Notes: generated by a model not told the origin, from the sequence alone. A stretch of 64,000 bases of DNA from Nitrospinota bacterium (GCA_036231405.1 JAZAHK010000003.1:192001-256000); one strand, 5' to 3'; shown: positions 9,709 through 19,592, counted from the first letter of the stretch. A program made the numbers and translations.

Positions 9709-10875
9709 TTATTTCGACATTAGCCATTCTATCCAGCTTAATGCAGGGATATCTTCGGGAATAATCAAAGAAGCAGATGTGAGAAGTCTCCCATTCATGG
9801 TGACCTTAATTTCACCAACTTTCTGCCCTTTTTTCAGTGGTGCTTTTAAAGATTTAGGGAGAATTACTTGCGTCTTAAATTCTTTTAATTTAACCCTCTT
9901 AATAACAAGAGAGATCGATTTTGAAACAATTGCTTTTATTTTATTTTTCCTGCCCCAAGAAACAGATACTGTTTCACCAACTGGTTGATGTTTAGTAAAT
10001 AAATTGTGTTTTTTGTAAACCCTAAAACCGCCAAGCAAAAGTTTCTTCGTTTCTCTATTTCTCGCCGTTTTAGTGGGACTACCTAGGACTACTGAAATTA
10101 ATCTCATTTTTCCCCTTTTGGCAGTAGCACATAAATTAAAACCAGACTTGACATAATATCCAGTTTTCAAACCGTCAAGACCTTTAAAAGTCTTCAGTAG
10201 TTTTCGATTTGTATTGTAGAGTACGAATTTCCCATCTCTAAAAGAATCAATTTGCCTTTTTGAGAAATCCAAAACTTCAGGAAATTTGACTAATTCGCGA
10301 GCTAAAATAGCTGTGTCAAAAGCCGTTGTGTAGTCCTCTTCTCTTGAAGAATCGTTAGGAGGAAGACCATGAACACTAGAGAATTTGGTATTTTGCATAC
10401 CTAACGATCTAGCGCGTTCATTCATTAATTTGACCATTTCTTTCTCATCACCAGCAATATGCTCAGCTATCGCGTAGGCGGAGTCATTAGCCGAAGCGAT
10501 AGAAACCGTTTTCACTAGTTCTCTGAGTGTAAAAATTTCTCCTTCTTTGAGATAAACCTGACTCCCACCAATCTTGCTTGCATCAAGGCTTACATGAACT
10601 TTTTCGTCAAATGAAAAAGTTCCCTTTTTTTCAGCTTCATAGACTAAAAGGAGTAACATCATTTTAACTATGGATGCAGGGATCAATTTTCTACTAGATT
10701 CATATTCCTTTAGAATTTTTCCAGTTTCTGCCTCCATTAAAACTAAAGCTTTGTATTTTAGTGGATCTTTTGTTTTATTTTTTGAAAATGAAAAATTAGT
10801 AAAAACCAAAATAGAAGAGAAGCATAGAAAAAAAATACTTATCTTTTGGAAAGAGTTTTTTTTGAAAATTTTCAA
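9709..10875 (-). CDS. dacA: D-alanyl-D-alanine carboxypeptidase (PBP5/6, peptidase S11)
   Basis: SIVK (SxxK), SAN (SxN), KTG motifs, signal peptide, PBP5 C domain. Confidence 0.9.
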   Translation of the reverse strand: MKIFKKNSFQKISIFFLCFSSILVFTNFSFSKNKTKDPLKYKALVLMEAETGKILKEYESSRKLIPASIVKMMLLLLVYEAEKKGTFSFDEKVHVSLDASKIGGSQVYLKEGEIFTLRELVKTVSIASANDSAYAIAEHIAGDEKEMVKLMNERARSLGMQNTKFSSVHGLPPNDSSREEDYTTAFDTAILARELVKFPEVLDFSKRQIDSFRDGKFVLYNTNRKLLKTFKGLDGLKTGYYVKSGFNLCATAKRGKMRLISVVLGSPTKTARNRETKKLLLGGFRVYKKHNLFTKHQPVGETVSVSWGRKNKIKAIVSKSISLVIKRVKLKEFKTQVILPKSLKAPLKKGQKVGEIKVTMNGRLLTSASLIIPEDIPALSWIEWLMSK

Positions 10876-11023
10876 AATTAATAACCCAAATTTAAATTAA
10901 AATTTAATCACACGAAGAAAAATCATTTCATTTTTTTGCAGAGAACTATTTACAAAAAATTAACAAGAAAATCTGAAAGAATATTAAACAAAAAGAGCTA
11001 AAATGATGAAACTTGAATTCTAA

Positions 11024-11314
11024 CTATTTCTTTTTTAAAGAACCTCCATAACCTTCAGCAACTAGAGCATCTATCATTTTTTTTACATTTATTTTCTTTT
11101 CATTAAAATCGACCACGGCCTCTTTCAGCTGAAAAGATACTCTTGCCTTTTTTACTCCATCGAGTTCTTCCAGAACTCTTCGAACCGTTACTGGTCATGA
11201 AGAAGGTCAGGTCATCCCCGTAATATTTAAAATAAGTTCAGCAGCAAAAAGTGAAACACTCATAGCGAAAGTGACGAAAATAAAAGTGAGATAAAATGGA
11301 AGTTTTTTCAACAT
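11024..11314 (-). CDS. Periplasmic MerP/HMA-fold metal-binding protein with two in-frame UGA (predicted Sec36 and Sec40)
   Basis: Manual translation: MLKKLPFYLTFIFVTFAMSVSLFAAELILNITGMT-U-PSS-U-PVTVRRVLEELDGVKKARVSFQLKEAVVDFNEKKINVKKMIDALVAEGYGGSLKKK-TAG; TGA at 11207-11209 and 11195-11197 occupy the Cys sites of the HMA GMTC...C motif. Confidence 0.85.
11162..11178 (-). promoter_or_regulatory. Candidate bacterial SECIS element of the HMA selenoprotein
   Basis: GAGUUCU-GGA-AGAACUC perfect 7-bp stem; loop begins 23 nt after second UGA and 35 nt after first. Confidence 0.7.
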
Positions 11315-11376
11315 TAATTAATCAAACCTTTCAAATTAAAAATGAATAATTTTACTAAAGTTAGAAATCATTCCGA

Positions 11377-12186
11377 CTATATCAGACTTCTTAAGTAATC
11401 AATGCCAAGTTTTGCGGCTGTTTCAAAATCAGGATCCATTTTTATTTGCAAAGATAAAAAACCTTCATAATTAATTGCCTGCAGAGAACTTATTAAATCG
11501 CGCCAAGGGATGTGCCCACTGCCAGGATACTTTCTATTGCTATCAGCGATATGGAGAATTCCGAGATGATCTTTGGAATCAAAAATACTTGCAGCAAATG
11601 AAGTATCTTCCACATTCATGTGAAAAGTGTCCAGCATAATTCCAAAACCAGGACTATTAATCTCTTCAATGAATCGTATGCCGTCCTGAGTAGTAAAACC
11701 AAAATTAATACTGAACCTATGTTGAGGCTCAAATAAAACTCTAGTTCCTTTGCTGGCAGCATAATCAGATGATTCCTTAAAAGCATCATACATCCACTTT
11801 AATGATTCTTCACGTTCTTCCCCTTCGCTCAACTTCCCCCTAAAAGAGCCTACAATTACTTCTACACCATAAAAAGATGCGGCATCACAACATCCTTTTA
11901 GACGTTTCATAGCAACCTTTCGTATATTTGGGTCGGGATGACACATCCATACTTTATCTTGAAACCCAATTCCAGCAGTATGAACAGCAGACACCTCCAT
12001 CCCACGGCTTTGCACTTGCTTTTGAATTAGGTCAAAATCTAGTTCCTCTGGTTTTCTCATAGAGATTTCTATTCCATCATAACCAAGCTTTGAAAGCACA
12101 TCTAAATTTTCTTCAAAATTACCTTGTATAGCTGGAAGTAGAGGGGTATTTACATCAATAGTTGCAACCTGAAAGCTTATCTTCAT
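11377..12186 (-). CDS. Sugar phosphate isomerase/epimerase (xylose-isomerase-like TIM barrel)
   Basis: GYDGIE, FEPQHR, LDTFHMNVED, HIADSNR, PGSGH; ATG 12186 after GAGGTG preferred over 12252. Confidence 0.85.
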   Translation of the reverse strand: MKISFQVATIDVNTPLLPAIQGNFEENLDVLSKLGYDGIEISMRKPEELDFDLIQKQVQSRGMEVSAVHTAGIGFQDKVWMCHPDPNIRKVAMKRLKGCCDAASFYGVEVIVGSFRGKLSEGEEREESLKWMYDAFKESSDYAASKGTRVLFEPQHRFSINFGFTTQDGIRFIEEINSPGFGIMLDTFHMNVEDTSFAASIFDSKDHLGILHIADSNRKYPGSGHIPWRDLISSLQAINYEGFLSLQIKMDPDFETAAKLGIDYLRSLI

Positions 12187-12281
12187 ACGAACACCTCTAT
12201 AAAATAGTGAATTTCCTGCAAACCACAAATAAGATATAATTCCAACAAACATAATTAAAATATGAACTTACGAGATCGATT

Positions 12282-13655
12282 ATGCCAAACAATATTGAGT
12301 TTGACCAACGAATCGAACAGAAACTATCTATCAACCCAAGAATGATTCAAAGAATTAATCTTCTTTCTTCAACTAGTGCTGAACTTGGGGAAATGATAGC
12401 AAACGAATTAGATAATAATCCTGCTTTGGAAGAAGACAATTTAGAAATAGAGAAAGAACTCGAAAACTTACCATCTGACCTTGAAAATTATGCAAATCAG
12501 TACGACGACGACTATCGAGAAAAAACAATTTCTAAAAAAATAAATCTTTATGACTTTCTCGAAAAACAAGTAGGAGAGTTGAAAGTTCCTGATGAAAAAA
12601 GAAAACTTCTTACAGAATTGATACATCATATTGATGAGAGTGGATATTTTCCTCCTGATTTCAATACTTTTGAAATTGCTAAAAAAATTGACCTCTCAAC
12701 TAAAGTTTTAGAGGATTCAATAAAAATCTTACAGGATTTAGAACCCACTGGTGTTGCTGCACGAAATTTAACGGAATGCTTAAGTATTCAAATCGATCAT
12801 TTAGAAATTAACGTCCATTCTTCTAAAACTATTCGAATTGCGAAAAGGCTCATAAAGGATAATTTGCAAAAATTGAAAAGAAAGACCACTAAATCTTTAG
12901 CTAAAGAATTTAAAGAACCTGAAAAAGAAATACAGAAATCAATAGACCTCATAAAAAATTTAAAGATTACCCCTGCAGAAGAATTTATAACCTATGACGA
13001 AGAACTGAAGATTCCCGATATATTAGTTTCTATAAAAGATAAAATTATGAAAGTTGAACTAAACGAAGAGAAGTTTAAGAACGATGGAATAAGACCACTT
13101 GTATGCAGTCAAGAATATATTGAACTCTCAACAAAATTAGGGGAATTAAATACTACAGATCAGAAACATATTAAAGAAAAATTAGAACAGGCAAAAAAAT
13201 TTATAGAAAATGTAAAAAACTGGAAAGAAACCCTTCTAAAAGTTGGACTTGTTATCGCAAAAAAACAAAAGGAATACTTCCAATTTGGGATTCAGAATAT
13301 AAAACCTATGAAATTACGAGACGTTTCAAACGAAACCCATTTACATATTTCTACAATAAGTAGAACGATCAAAGGAAAGTTTTTAGAAACTCCCTCAAAT
13401 GAAGTACTATCGCTGAAGTACTTTTTTCATAATTCGCTACAAAATGTTCATGGTGAAGAAATTTCTTCACGATATATTCAAGATAAAATTCAGGAATTTG
13501 TTAATTCAGAAGATAAAACGAAACCTCTCAGTGATGAAAAAATTAAAAAAATTCTAATTGAAATAGGAATTTCAATTTCTAGAAGAACCGTATCTAAATA
13601 TCGAGAAAATTTAAAAATACTCTCTTCTCCAAAAAGAATTGAAAAAAAATATTAA
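12282..13655 (+). CDS. rpoN: RNA polymerase sigma-54 factor
   Basis: NPALE, EPTGVAARNLTECL, HISTISR HTH, KPLSD, RpoN-box variant SRRTVSKYRE. Confidence 0.9.
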   Translation: MPNNIEFDQRIEQKLSINPRMIQRINLLSSTSAELGEMIANELDNNPALEEDNLEIEKELENLPSDLENYANQYDDDYREKTISKKINLYDFLEKQVGELKVPDEKRKLLTELIHHIDESGYFPPDFNTFEIAKKIDLSTKVLEDSIKILQDLEPTGVAARNLTECLSIQIDHLEINVHSSKTIRIAKRLIKDNLQKLKRKTTKSLAKEFKEPEKEIQKSIDLIKNLKITPAEEFITYDEELKIPDILVSIKDKIMKVELNEEKFKNDGIRPLVCSQEYIELSTKLGELNTTDQKHIKEKLEQAKKFIENVKNWKETLLKVGLVIAKKQKEYFQFGIQNIKPMKLRDVSNETHLHISTISRTIKGKFLETPSNEVLSLKYFFHNSLQNVHGEEISSRYIQDKIQEFVNSEDKTKPLSDEKIKKILIEIGISISRRTVSKYRENLKILSSPKRIEKKY

Positions 13656-13746
13656 ATTATTAAAAAATAAATTATAATCATCATAAATACCTAAAAAATA
13701 GTTCTAGGCTTTGACATTTCGACCACAATAAAAAGGGAGGTGTCCG

Positions 13747-15477
13747 ATGATCATTCAACGAGATTTACCAATCAAAATGGATGATGGATTAGTACTGCGT
13801 TGTGACGTTTTTAGGCCAGAAACTAAAAAGAAGGTTCCTATTGTGATGGCTGGCGGCCCTTATGGAAAAGGAGTCAAATATCAAGAACATTATAAACCAC
13901 TTTGGGATTCGCTAGTTAAAATGCACCCCGACATTCTTGCTGGTTCAAAGCATCGTTGGTTAACATGGGAAACAGTAGATCCTGAAATTTGGGTGCCATG
14001 GGGTTATGCCTGTGTCCGCTTTGACTCAAGAGGAGCGGGTCGTTCCCCTGGATATCTAGACATTTTCTCTCCGCGTGAAACAAAAGATTACGCTAATGCA
14101 ATCGAATGGGCTGGACGTCAGAGATGGTCAAACGGAAAAGTAGGCCTCAATGGCGTCAGTTATTATGCGATTAATCAATGGCAAGTTGCCGCACTACAAC
14201 CAAAACATCTGACTGCGATGATACCTTGGGAAGGAGCTGCAGACCACTACAGAGATTGGGCACGACATGGAGGAATTTTATCAAATAAATTTATGGAGAT
14301 TTGGTATCCGCGACAAGTAGAAGCAGTTCAATACGGGAACCCAAAAGGACCTCGAGACCATTGGATGAAAACTAGAGCAACAGGGCCTGCCAATCTAACT
14401 GAAGAAAAGTTAAAAGAGAACCGAGCAGACACACTCGAAAACTTCCTTGTCCGTGAGATGGACGATGATTGGTATCAATCCCGTTCACCAGATTGGTCTA
14501 AAGTTACTGTGCCATTTCTAAGCGCAGCAAGTTGGGCTGGTTTTGGTCTTCATCCTCGCGGTAATTTTGAGGCTTTCATACAAGCTGCATCAAAGGAAAA
14601 ATGGTTAGAATGCCACCCGGGACGTCACGAAGAATGGTTTTATCTCGAATATGGAATGCAATTGCAAAAACGTTTTTTCGACTATTACCTAATGGGCAAA
14701 AGAAATGGTTGGAAAAAAGAACCAAGGGTATGGATAAATCTTCGCAGACCTTTTTCTCAGGAAGTTTCCTTACGAAAAGAAAACACTTGGCCACTCAAAA
14801 ATACAAGATGGACTAAATTATTTCTAAACGTTAGCGGAAAGGGAAAACTTGAATGGACTGCTCCTAAATCAAATCGTTCCAAAACATTCCGTGCAAAAAC
14901 TCGTGGAATAACAATTTTATCCCCTCCTTTAAAAGAGCAAACCGAAATAACTGGACCTTTGGTTGCAAAGCTTTTCATCTCTTCAACCACAAAGGATGCT
15001 GACTTATTTGTTACTATGCAAGCTTTCTCTCCAAAAGGAAAAGAAGTATTTTTTCAAGGAACAGTCGATCCTAAAACACCACTTGCACAGGGTTGCTTGC
15101 GTGCATCACATCGCAAACTTGATCATAAGAAATCTACACCTTGGCGTCCATATCATACACATGACGACAAACAACCCTTAAGTCCAGAGAAAATTTACGA
15201 ACTTGATATAGAGATTTGGCCTCAATCTATCGAATTACCAAAAGGTTTTCGTATTGCATTAAATATCTCAGGACAAGACTTTGATAGACCAGGTCCTGCC
15301 GTAGAGGCTTATGTCCCCTCTCGTGGATCTGGACCATTTCTCCACGACCATCCTATCGACCGATCTAACGAGGTTTTTGGAGGTAGGACAACACTCCATA
15401 CAGGACCTAAGCAAACTGCATATTTATTACTTCCAATTATCCCAAAGAAAAAACGTAAAGTTTCAAAAAAAAAGTGA
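13747..15477 (+). CDS. CocE/NonD family hydrolase
   Basis: DSRGAGRSPG, WSNGKVGLNGVSY, PWEG, C-terminal jelly-roll domain. Confidence 0.9.
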   Translation: MIIQRDLPIKMDDGLVLRCDVFRPETKKKVPIVMAGGPYGKGVKYQEHYKPLWDSLVKMHPDILAGSKHRWLTWETVDPEIWVPWGYACVRFDSRGAGRSPGYLDIFSPRETKDYANAIEWAGRQRWSNGKVGLNGVSYYAINQWQVAALQPKHLTAMIPWEGAADHYRDWARHGGILSNKFMEIWYPRQVEAVQYGNPKGPRDHWMKTRATGPANLTEEKLKENRADTLENFLVREMDDDWYQSRSPDWSKVTVPFLSAASWAGFGLHPRGNFEAFIQAASKEKWLECHPGRHEEWFYLEYGMQLQKRFFDYYLMGKRNGWKKEPRVWINLRRPFSQEVSLRKENTWPLKNTRWTKLFLNVSGKGKLEWTAPKSNRSKTFRAKTRGITILSPPLKEQTEITGPLVAKLFISSTTKDADLFVTMQAFSPKGKEVFFQGTVDPKTPLAQGCLRASHRKLDHKKSTPWRPYHTHDDKQPLSPEKIYELDIEIWPQSIELPKGFRIALNISGQDFDRPGPAVEAYVPSRGSGPFLHDHPIDRSNEVFGGRTTLHTGPKQTAYLLLPIIPKKKRKVSKKK

Positions 15478-15487
15478 GCAAAATTTT

Positions 15488-15527
15488 AAAGTGATGACTT
15501 TCAACTAATTAGGAGTCATCACTTTTT
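15488..15527 (+). terminator. Inverted repeat with T-tail, probable intrinsic terminator
   Basis: AAAGTGATGACT (15488-15499) pairs with AGTCATCACTTT (15514-15525), ending in a T run. Confidence 0.6.
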
Positions 15528-15540
15528 GGAGGATTCTAAA

Positions 15541-16794
15541 ATGATTACAAGCGATCAGAATACACATTTACTGGGTATGTCACCACGTTTTCTTAATGGC
15601 GTGTTGGAAGTACCCGTCTATCATATGCGTGGAGGCACTTCGACGGGCATCGTTCTTTTAGAAGATCATTTGCCAAGCGATCTCAAACTGCGGGAAGAAA
15701 TCATCAAACGTATTATGGGCGTCCCAATAAAAGGAAAGGTGGAGTTAAACACCCAAGTCTCTGGGCTCGGGCGTGGAATTCCACAAAGTTGCAAGGTTTT
15801 TATTGTAAAATCGTCAGAACGTGACGACGCAGATATTGACAGCACTTTGGCTCAGCTTGCGCCAACAAAAGCAGTAATTGATTGGAGTGTTAACTGTGGC
15901 AACATGTCGGCAGCGCTGCCAATCTTTGCAGAAGAGATGGGGTTGCTATCGTTGGAGCCAGGCCGATCAAAAATCCGCATTCACAATACTAATACTGGTG
16001 TAGTTGCGCATGCGTTGGTTGACATGCCGAAAGCAGGTGAACCTATGGATGCCTCAACTGAAATACCTGGTGTGTTGGGCGCATGGCCCGGAGTACAATT
16101 AGCTCTATTAAACCCAGTCGGAGCCAAGACAAGCCAATTGCTCCCCACAGGAAATGTGGTCGACATATTCGACGGCATTGAAGCCTCCTGTTTAGATCTC
16201 GCGGTCCCTATGGTCATTATCCGTGCCACTGATTTCAGTAAAACGGCAGCAGAGTCGCCCGAAGACTTGGATGCAGATGCAGCATTTAAGACAAAGCTAC
16301 AACGGGTTTGGGTAGAAGCAGGCATAAAAATGGGTCTCACAGGGACTGATGGGAAGTACTTAACCCCTGAACAATTAGCTGTCAGCGAAACTATTCCAAA
16401 AGCCTGCATAATCTCGCCGCCTTCAGAGGAGGAAAAAACTCTCGGTGCCAATATTAGAGTGCGTTACTTCACACCACAAGGCGCCCATAAGTCACTAGCG
16501 GTTACCGGAGGTGCCTGCCTTGCAGCCGGCTGTTTAGTACCAGGTACTGTGGCCCAAGAAATTGCTGAAAACATCTCAGTACTCGGTCAGGACTTAGCGG
16601 AACATGAGGTGAAAATGGCAAATCCGGCGGGTATTCTAAAAGCAACTATCGAAGGCAAGCAGGACGAAAATGACAATATATCGATGCCTAGTGCCGCATA
16701 CGAACGATCTACACAAATATTATTGCGAGGACATACGCCCGTATACAATGCATCAGATGCGCTTAAATCTTTCTATACAAAGCGCTTTCAATAG
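15541..16794 (+). CDS. PrpF/AcnD-accessory family isomerase
   Basis: MRGGTS, NCGNMSAA, IHNTNTG, LLPTGN, HKSLAVTG; ATG 15541 after GGAGG. Confidence 0.88.
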   Translation: MITSDQNTHLLGMSPRFLNGVLEVPVYHMRGGTSTGIVLLEDHLPSDLKLREEIIKRIMGVPIKGKVELNTQVSGLGRGIPQSCKVFIVKSSERDDADIDSTLAQLAPTKAVIDWSVNCGNMSAALPIFAEEMGLLSLEPGRSKIRIHNTNTGVVAHALVDMPKAGEPMDASTEIPGVLGAWPGVQLALLNPVGAKTSQLLPTGNVVDIFDGIEASCLDLAVPMVIIRATDFSKTAAESPEDLDADAAFKTKLQRVWVEAGIKMGLTGTDGKYLTPEQLAVSETIPKACIISPPSEEEKTLGANIRVRYFTPQGAHKSLAVTGGACLAAGCLVPGTVAQEIAENISVLGQDLAEHEVKMANPAGILKATIEGKQDENDNISMPSAAYERSTQILLRGHTPVYNASDALKSFYTKRFQ

Positions 16795-16884
16795 CACCGA
16801 CAACAAGTATATTAGCAGCTGGATTTTGTGAAGCTGTCAGTAAAATTAAAGATAAAAACAACTAATTTTTCAGTAGCTATAAGT

Positions 16885-16961
16885 TGGTGGGCAGCGTGGG
16901 AATCGAACCCACAACCTACGGATTAAGAGTCCGTTGCTCTGCCTGGTTGAGCTAGCTGCCC
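16885..16961 (-). tRNA. tRNA-Lys(CTT)
   Basis: GGGCAGC acceptor, ACGGA-CT-CTT-AA-TCCGT anticodon arm, GTTCGATT T-loop, encoded CCA. Confidence 0.95.
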
Positions 16962-16986
16962 AGATTGCTTAGGATAAAATTAGAGA

Positions 16987-18444
16987 TCAAACGGTTTTTA
17001 GATTTATCGATTCTTTCAAAGCGTTAAACTCATCTTCGAAAAAGAACTTTTCTTCACCAAAAGCAGGAGTCAAATCATTTAACCACTTTGCATCTTCATC
17101 ATATTTTGCAAAGAAAGGTTTTTGAACCCAATCAGAATTCCTTCCTTGTATAAATCTCAGCACAAAAACTTTTTCTCCATTTATATTAGAAACACCTTGA
17201 ACCTCGATTTTCCCAGGGTCAGCACTCATGCTTGGCCCTCGAACAGTTCTTCCTAAACCAGATACTTGTTTCAAAGCTTTTGTATAAATATCAGACGCCT
17301 TGACAAGTGGAATTTCAAAAAAACAACGAGCTCCAGTATCTCTTTCAACAAACATATAATAAGGGATAATTCCAAGTTTAACCTGAGTTCTCCAAGTTTG
17401 TGCCCATATATCTTCATGATCGTTTATATGAGCTAGAACAGGTCCTTGACTTCGTATAATTGCACCTGTTTCCTGAACTCGTTTTATCGCTTTACGTGCT
17501 ATATCGGTTTCCGTCTCACGCCAGTGATTATAATGTGCCATAAGAGCTACATGTTTTCCTGATTTTACCGAACGTTCTAGAAGACGAAGTAAATCATCAG
17601 AATCATTATCACTAACAAAACGTTGGGGCCAGAAAGTCAAAGACTTTGTGCCAATTCTAATGGTCTGAACATGCTCTAAACGAGGATCTTCACATAATGG
17701 ATCAAGATAATCTGATAGATTTTTAGTTTTCATCACCATTGGGTCTCCACCGGTGATCAACAAATCTGTAATACTCGTATTTTGGGACAAATACTCATGC
17801 AAATTCTTTGCCTCATGAGATGCAAATTTTAATTCTTTATCTCCCACAAACTGCGCCCATCTGAAACAAAACGTACAATAAGAATGACAAGTTTGGCCTT
17901 GACTTGGGAAAAATAAAACCGTTTCCTTATATTTATGCTGCACCCCTTCCAATATGTCGCCATTTAACCTGGGGACATTCAACTCCATCTGACCAGCAGG
18001 GTGAGGATTCAATTCACTACGAATTTTCTTAACAGTTTGATCGAGAACATCTCTCGCAGGATCTTTCGAAATGAGGGATGCAATTTCATCAAAATGTTCT
18101 TCAGAAAGCATTCCAACTTGAGGAAAAGTAAGTTGAAAAATCGGGTCATTTGGAACATTATTCCAATCGATCAAATTATTAATAACATATTCGTTCACTC
18201 TAAATGGAAGAACAGACGAGACTACCTTCATCGCGAAACGCACGTCACTAGACAAAGATTCAATCTGAGGGATCTTATCTATATGACGATTCGTATAAAC
18301 CTTGAAAGCCTCGCCCCCATAAATAGAAGGAAACTCAACGTCAGTTTTGTACTTTCTTGATAAATCCTCTGTATAAACCTCTTTCGACGTGGTAGATACC
18401 TTGGGGATTCTGAAAGCTTCATGAGAATCTACAGATCTAATCAA
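16987..18444 (-). CDS. KamA/lysine 2,3-aminomutase family radical SAM enzyme
   Basis: HKY, CHSYCTFCFR (CxxxCxxC), TGGDP, IRIGTK, IPYYMF. Confidence 0.88.
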   Translation of the reverse strand: MIRSVDSHEAFRIPKVSTTSKEVYTEDLSRKYKTDVEFPSIYGGEAFKVYTNRHIDKIPQIESLSSDVRFAMKVVSSVLPFRVNEYVINNLIDWNNVPNDPIFQLTFPQVGMLSEEHFDEIASLISKDPARDVLDQTVKKIRSELNPHPAGQMELNVPRLNGDILEGVQHKYKETVLFFPSQGQTCHSYCTFCFRWAQFVGDKELKFASHEAKNLHEYLSQNTSITDLLITGGDPMVMKTKNLSDYLDPLCEDPRLEHVQTIRIGTKSLTFWPQRFVSDNDSDDLLRLLERSVKSGKHVALMAHYNHWRETETDIARKAIKRVQETGAIIRSQGPVLAHINDHEDIWAQTWRTQVKLGIIPYYMFVERDTGARCFFEIPLVKASDIYTKALKQVSGLGRTVRGPSMSADPGKIEVQGVSNINGEKVFVLRFIQGRNSDWVQKPFFAKYDEDAKWLNDLTPAFGEEKFFFEDEFNALKESINLKTV

Positions 18445-18692
18445 AAATTACTCACATAAATTAAAAAAAAATGCAAATCCCTATCTCAAAATGAAGAAAA
18501 GGAGTTACTGTTAACAACAATGTATTATGGTCTGCTACACATATATAACAATTTTAAGCTAAAATCGCAATTATTTTAAATATAACTTTTACAAAAAAAT
18601 TTTCAAAATTCGATAACTATTTGTTTATATTATCCTTAACAATTTCTTCGAATTTTAAGTGTAAAATCAGGAAATGAGGATTTATTTAAAAA

Positions 18693-19592
18693 ATGATTAA
18701 CTCTGAACTCGCTCTGAGCATGAGTATAATTTTTGCAATTGCTTCCTCTTTCAGTTACACAGGTACGTTAATTCTACTACGAAAAGGTATGGAAAGTGGA
18801 AGTTCTACAGCAGCAATACTTTTCATCGATGTTATCGTTGGAACTGGAGGACTTTTAATCGCGTTGTATCTAGGTTCTTTTTCGAGCGTTTCGGTTTATC
18901 AAATATTTTGGTTCATACTCAGTGGTTTCTTTGGTGCCGGTCTAGGTACTATCACTCATTTCATTGGAATTCAAAAAATTGGAGTTAGTCGTGCAACTCC
19001 CATCCACTCTGCCTCTCCTGTTTGGGCTGTATTGCTCGCTATTTTTATTTTAGGGGAACGTCCTCAAAACATCGTCATACTAGGAACCACCTTAATAGTT
19101 ATAGGAGTCTTTCTCCTTTCACTTCCTGAACAAAAAGAATTTGGTAGTTTAAAAGGTTGGCTAAGTAGCGGATTCCTTTATTCTCTTCTCTCTTCAGTAA
19201 GTTACGGCCTCTCTCCTATCTTTGTTAAGTTCGCATTTTCCTACGGAAGGGTCCCTTTTTTAGGAATAGGAATTTCTTTCTGGGTAGGTCTTGCAACCAT
19301 GTTTTTTTATAGAAAATTCATGGAAAATGGAGGTGAAATAGTTGTAGATAAAAGAAGTTTTAAATTATTCACAATCGCTGCTCTATTTAATCTTGCCGCC
19401 TCTGGATTCCTATGGAGCGCATTTTCTTTGGGTGATATTACCATAGTTCTTCCATTAAGCAGGATTACTCCCTTATGGGTTATCATTCTAAGTATCTTTT
19501 TTTTAAAAAAACAAGAGAAAGTGACAATCAGAATTTTTTTTGCGGCAACTTTGATTGTTATTGGAGGCGTTTTAGTCACCTCTGTAACATGA
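18693..19592 (+). CDS. EamA/DMT family transporter
   Basis: About 10 TM segments, IGVSRATPI, ILGE. Confidence 0.85.
   Translation: MINSELALSMSIIFAIASSFSYTGTLILLRKGMESGSSTAAILFIDVIVGTGGLLIALYLGSFSSVSVYQIFWFILSGFFGAGLGTITHFIGIQKIGVSRATPIHSASPVWAVLLAIFILGERPQNIVILGTTLIVIGVFLLSLPEQKEFGSLKGWLSSGFLYSLLSSVSYGLSPIFVKFAFSYGRVPFLGIGISFWVGLATMFFYRKFMENGGEIVVDKRSFKLFTIAALFNLAASGFLWSAFSLGDITIVLPLSRITPLWVIILSIFFLKKQEKVTIRIFFAATLIVIGGVLVTSVT

Noticed and set aside
11195-11209. UGA = Trp/Gly alternative genetic code as explanation for the in-frame TGAs
   Set aside because: TGA ends many full-length genes here (e.g. 19592, 24161, 52478, 53460), the in-frame cases fall on Cys motifs, and the UCA tRNA has Sec architecture.
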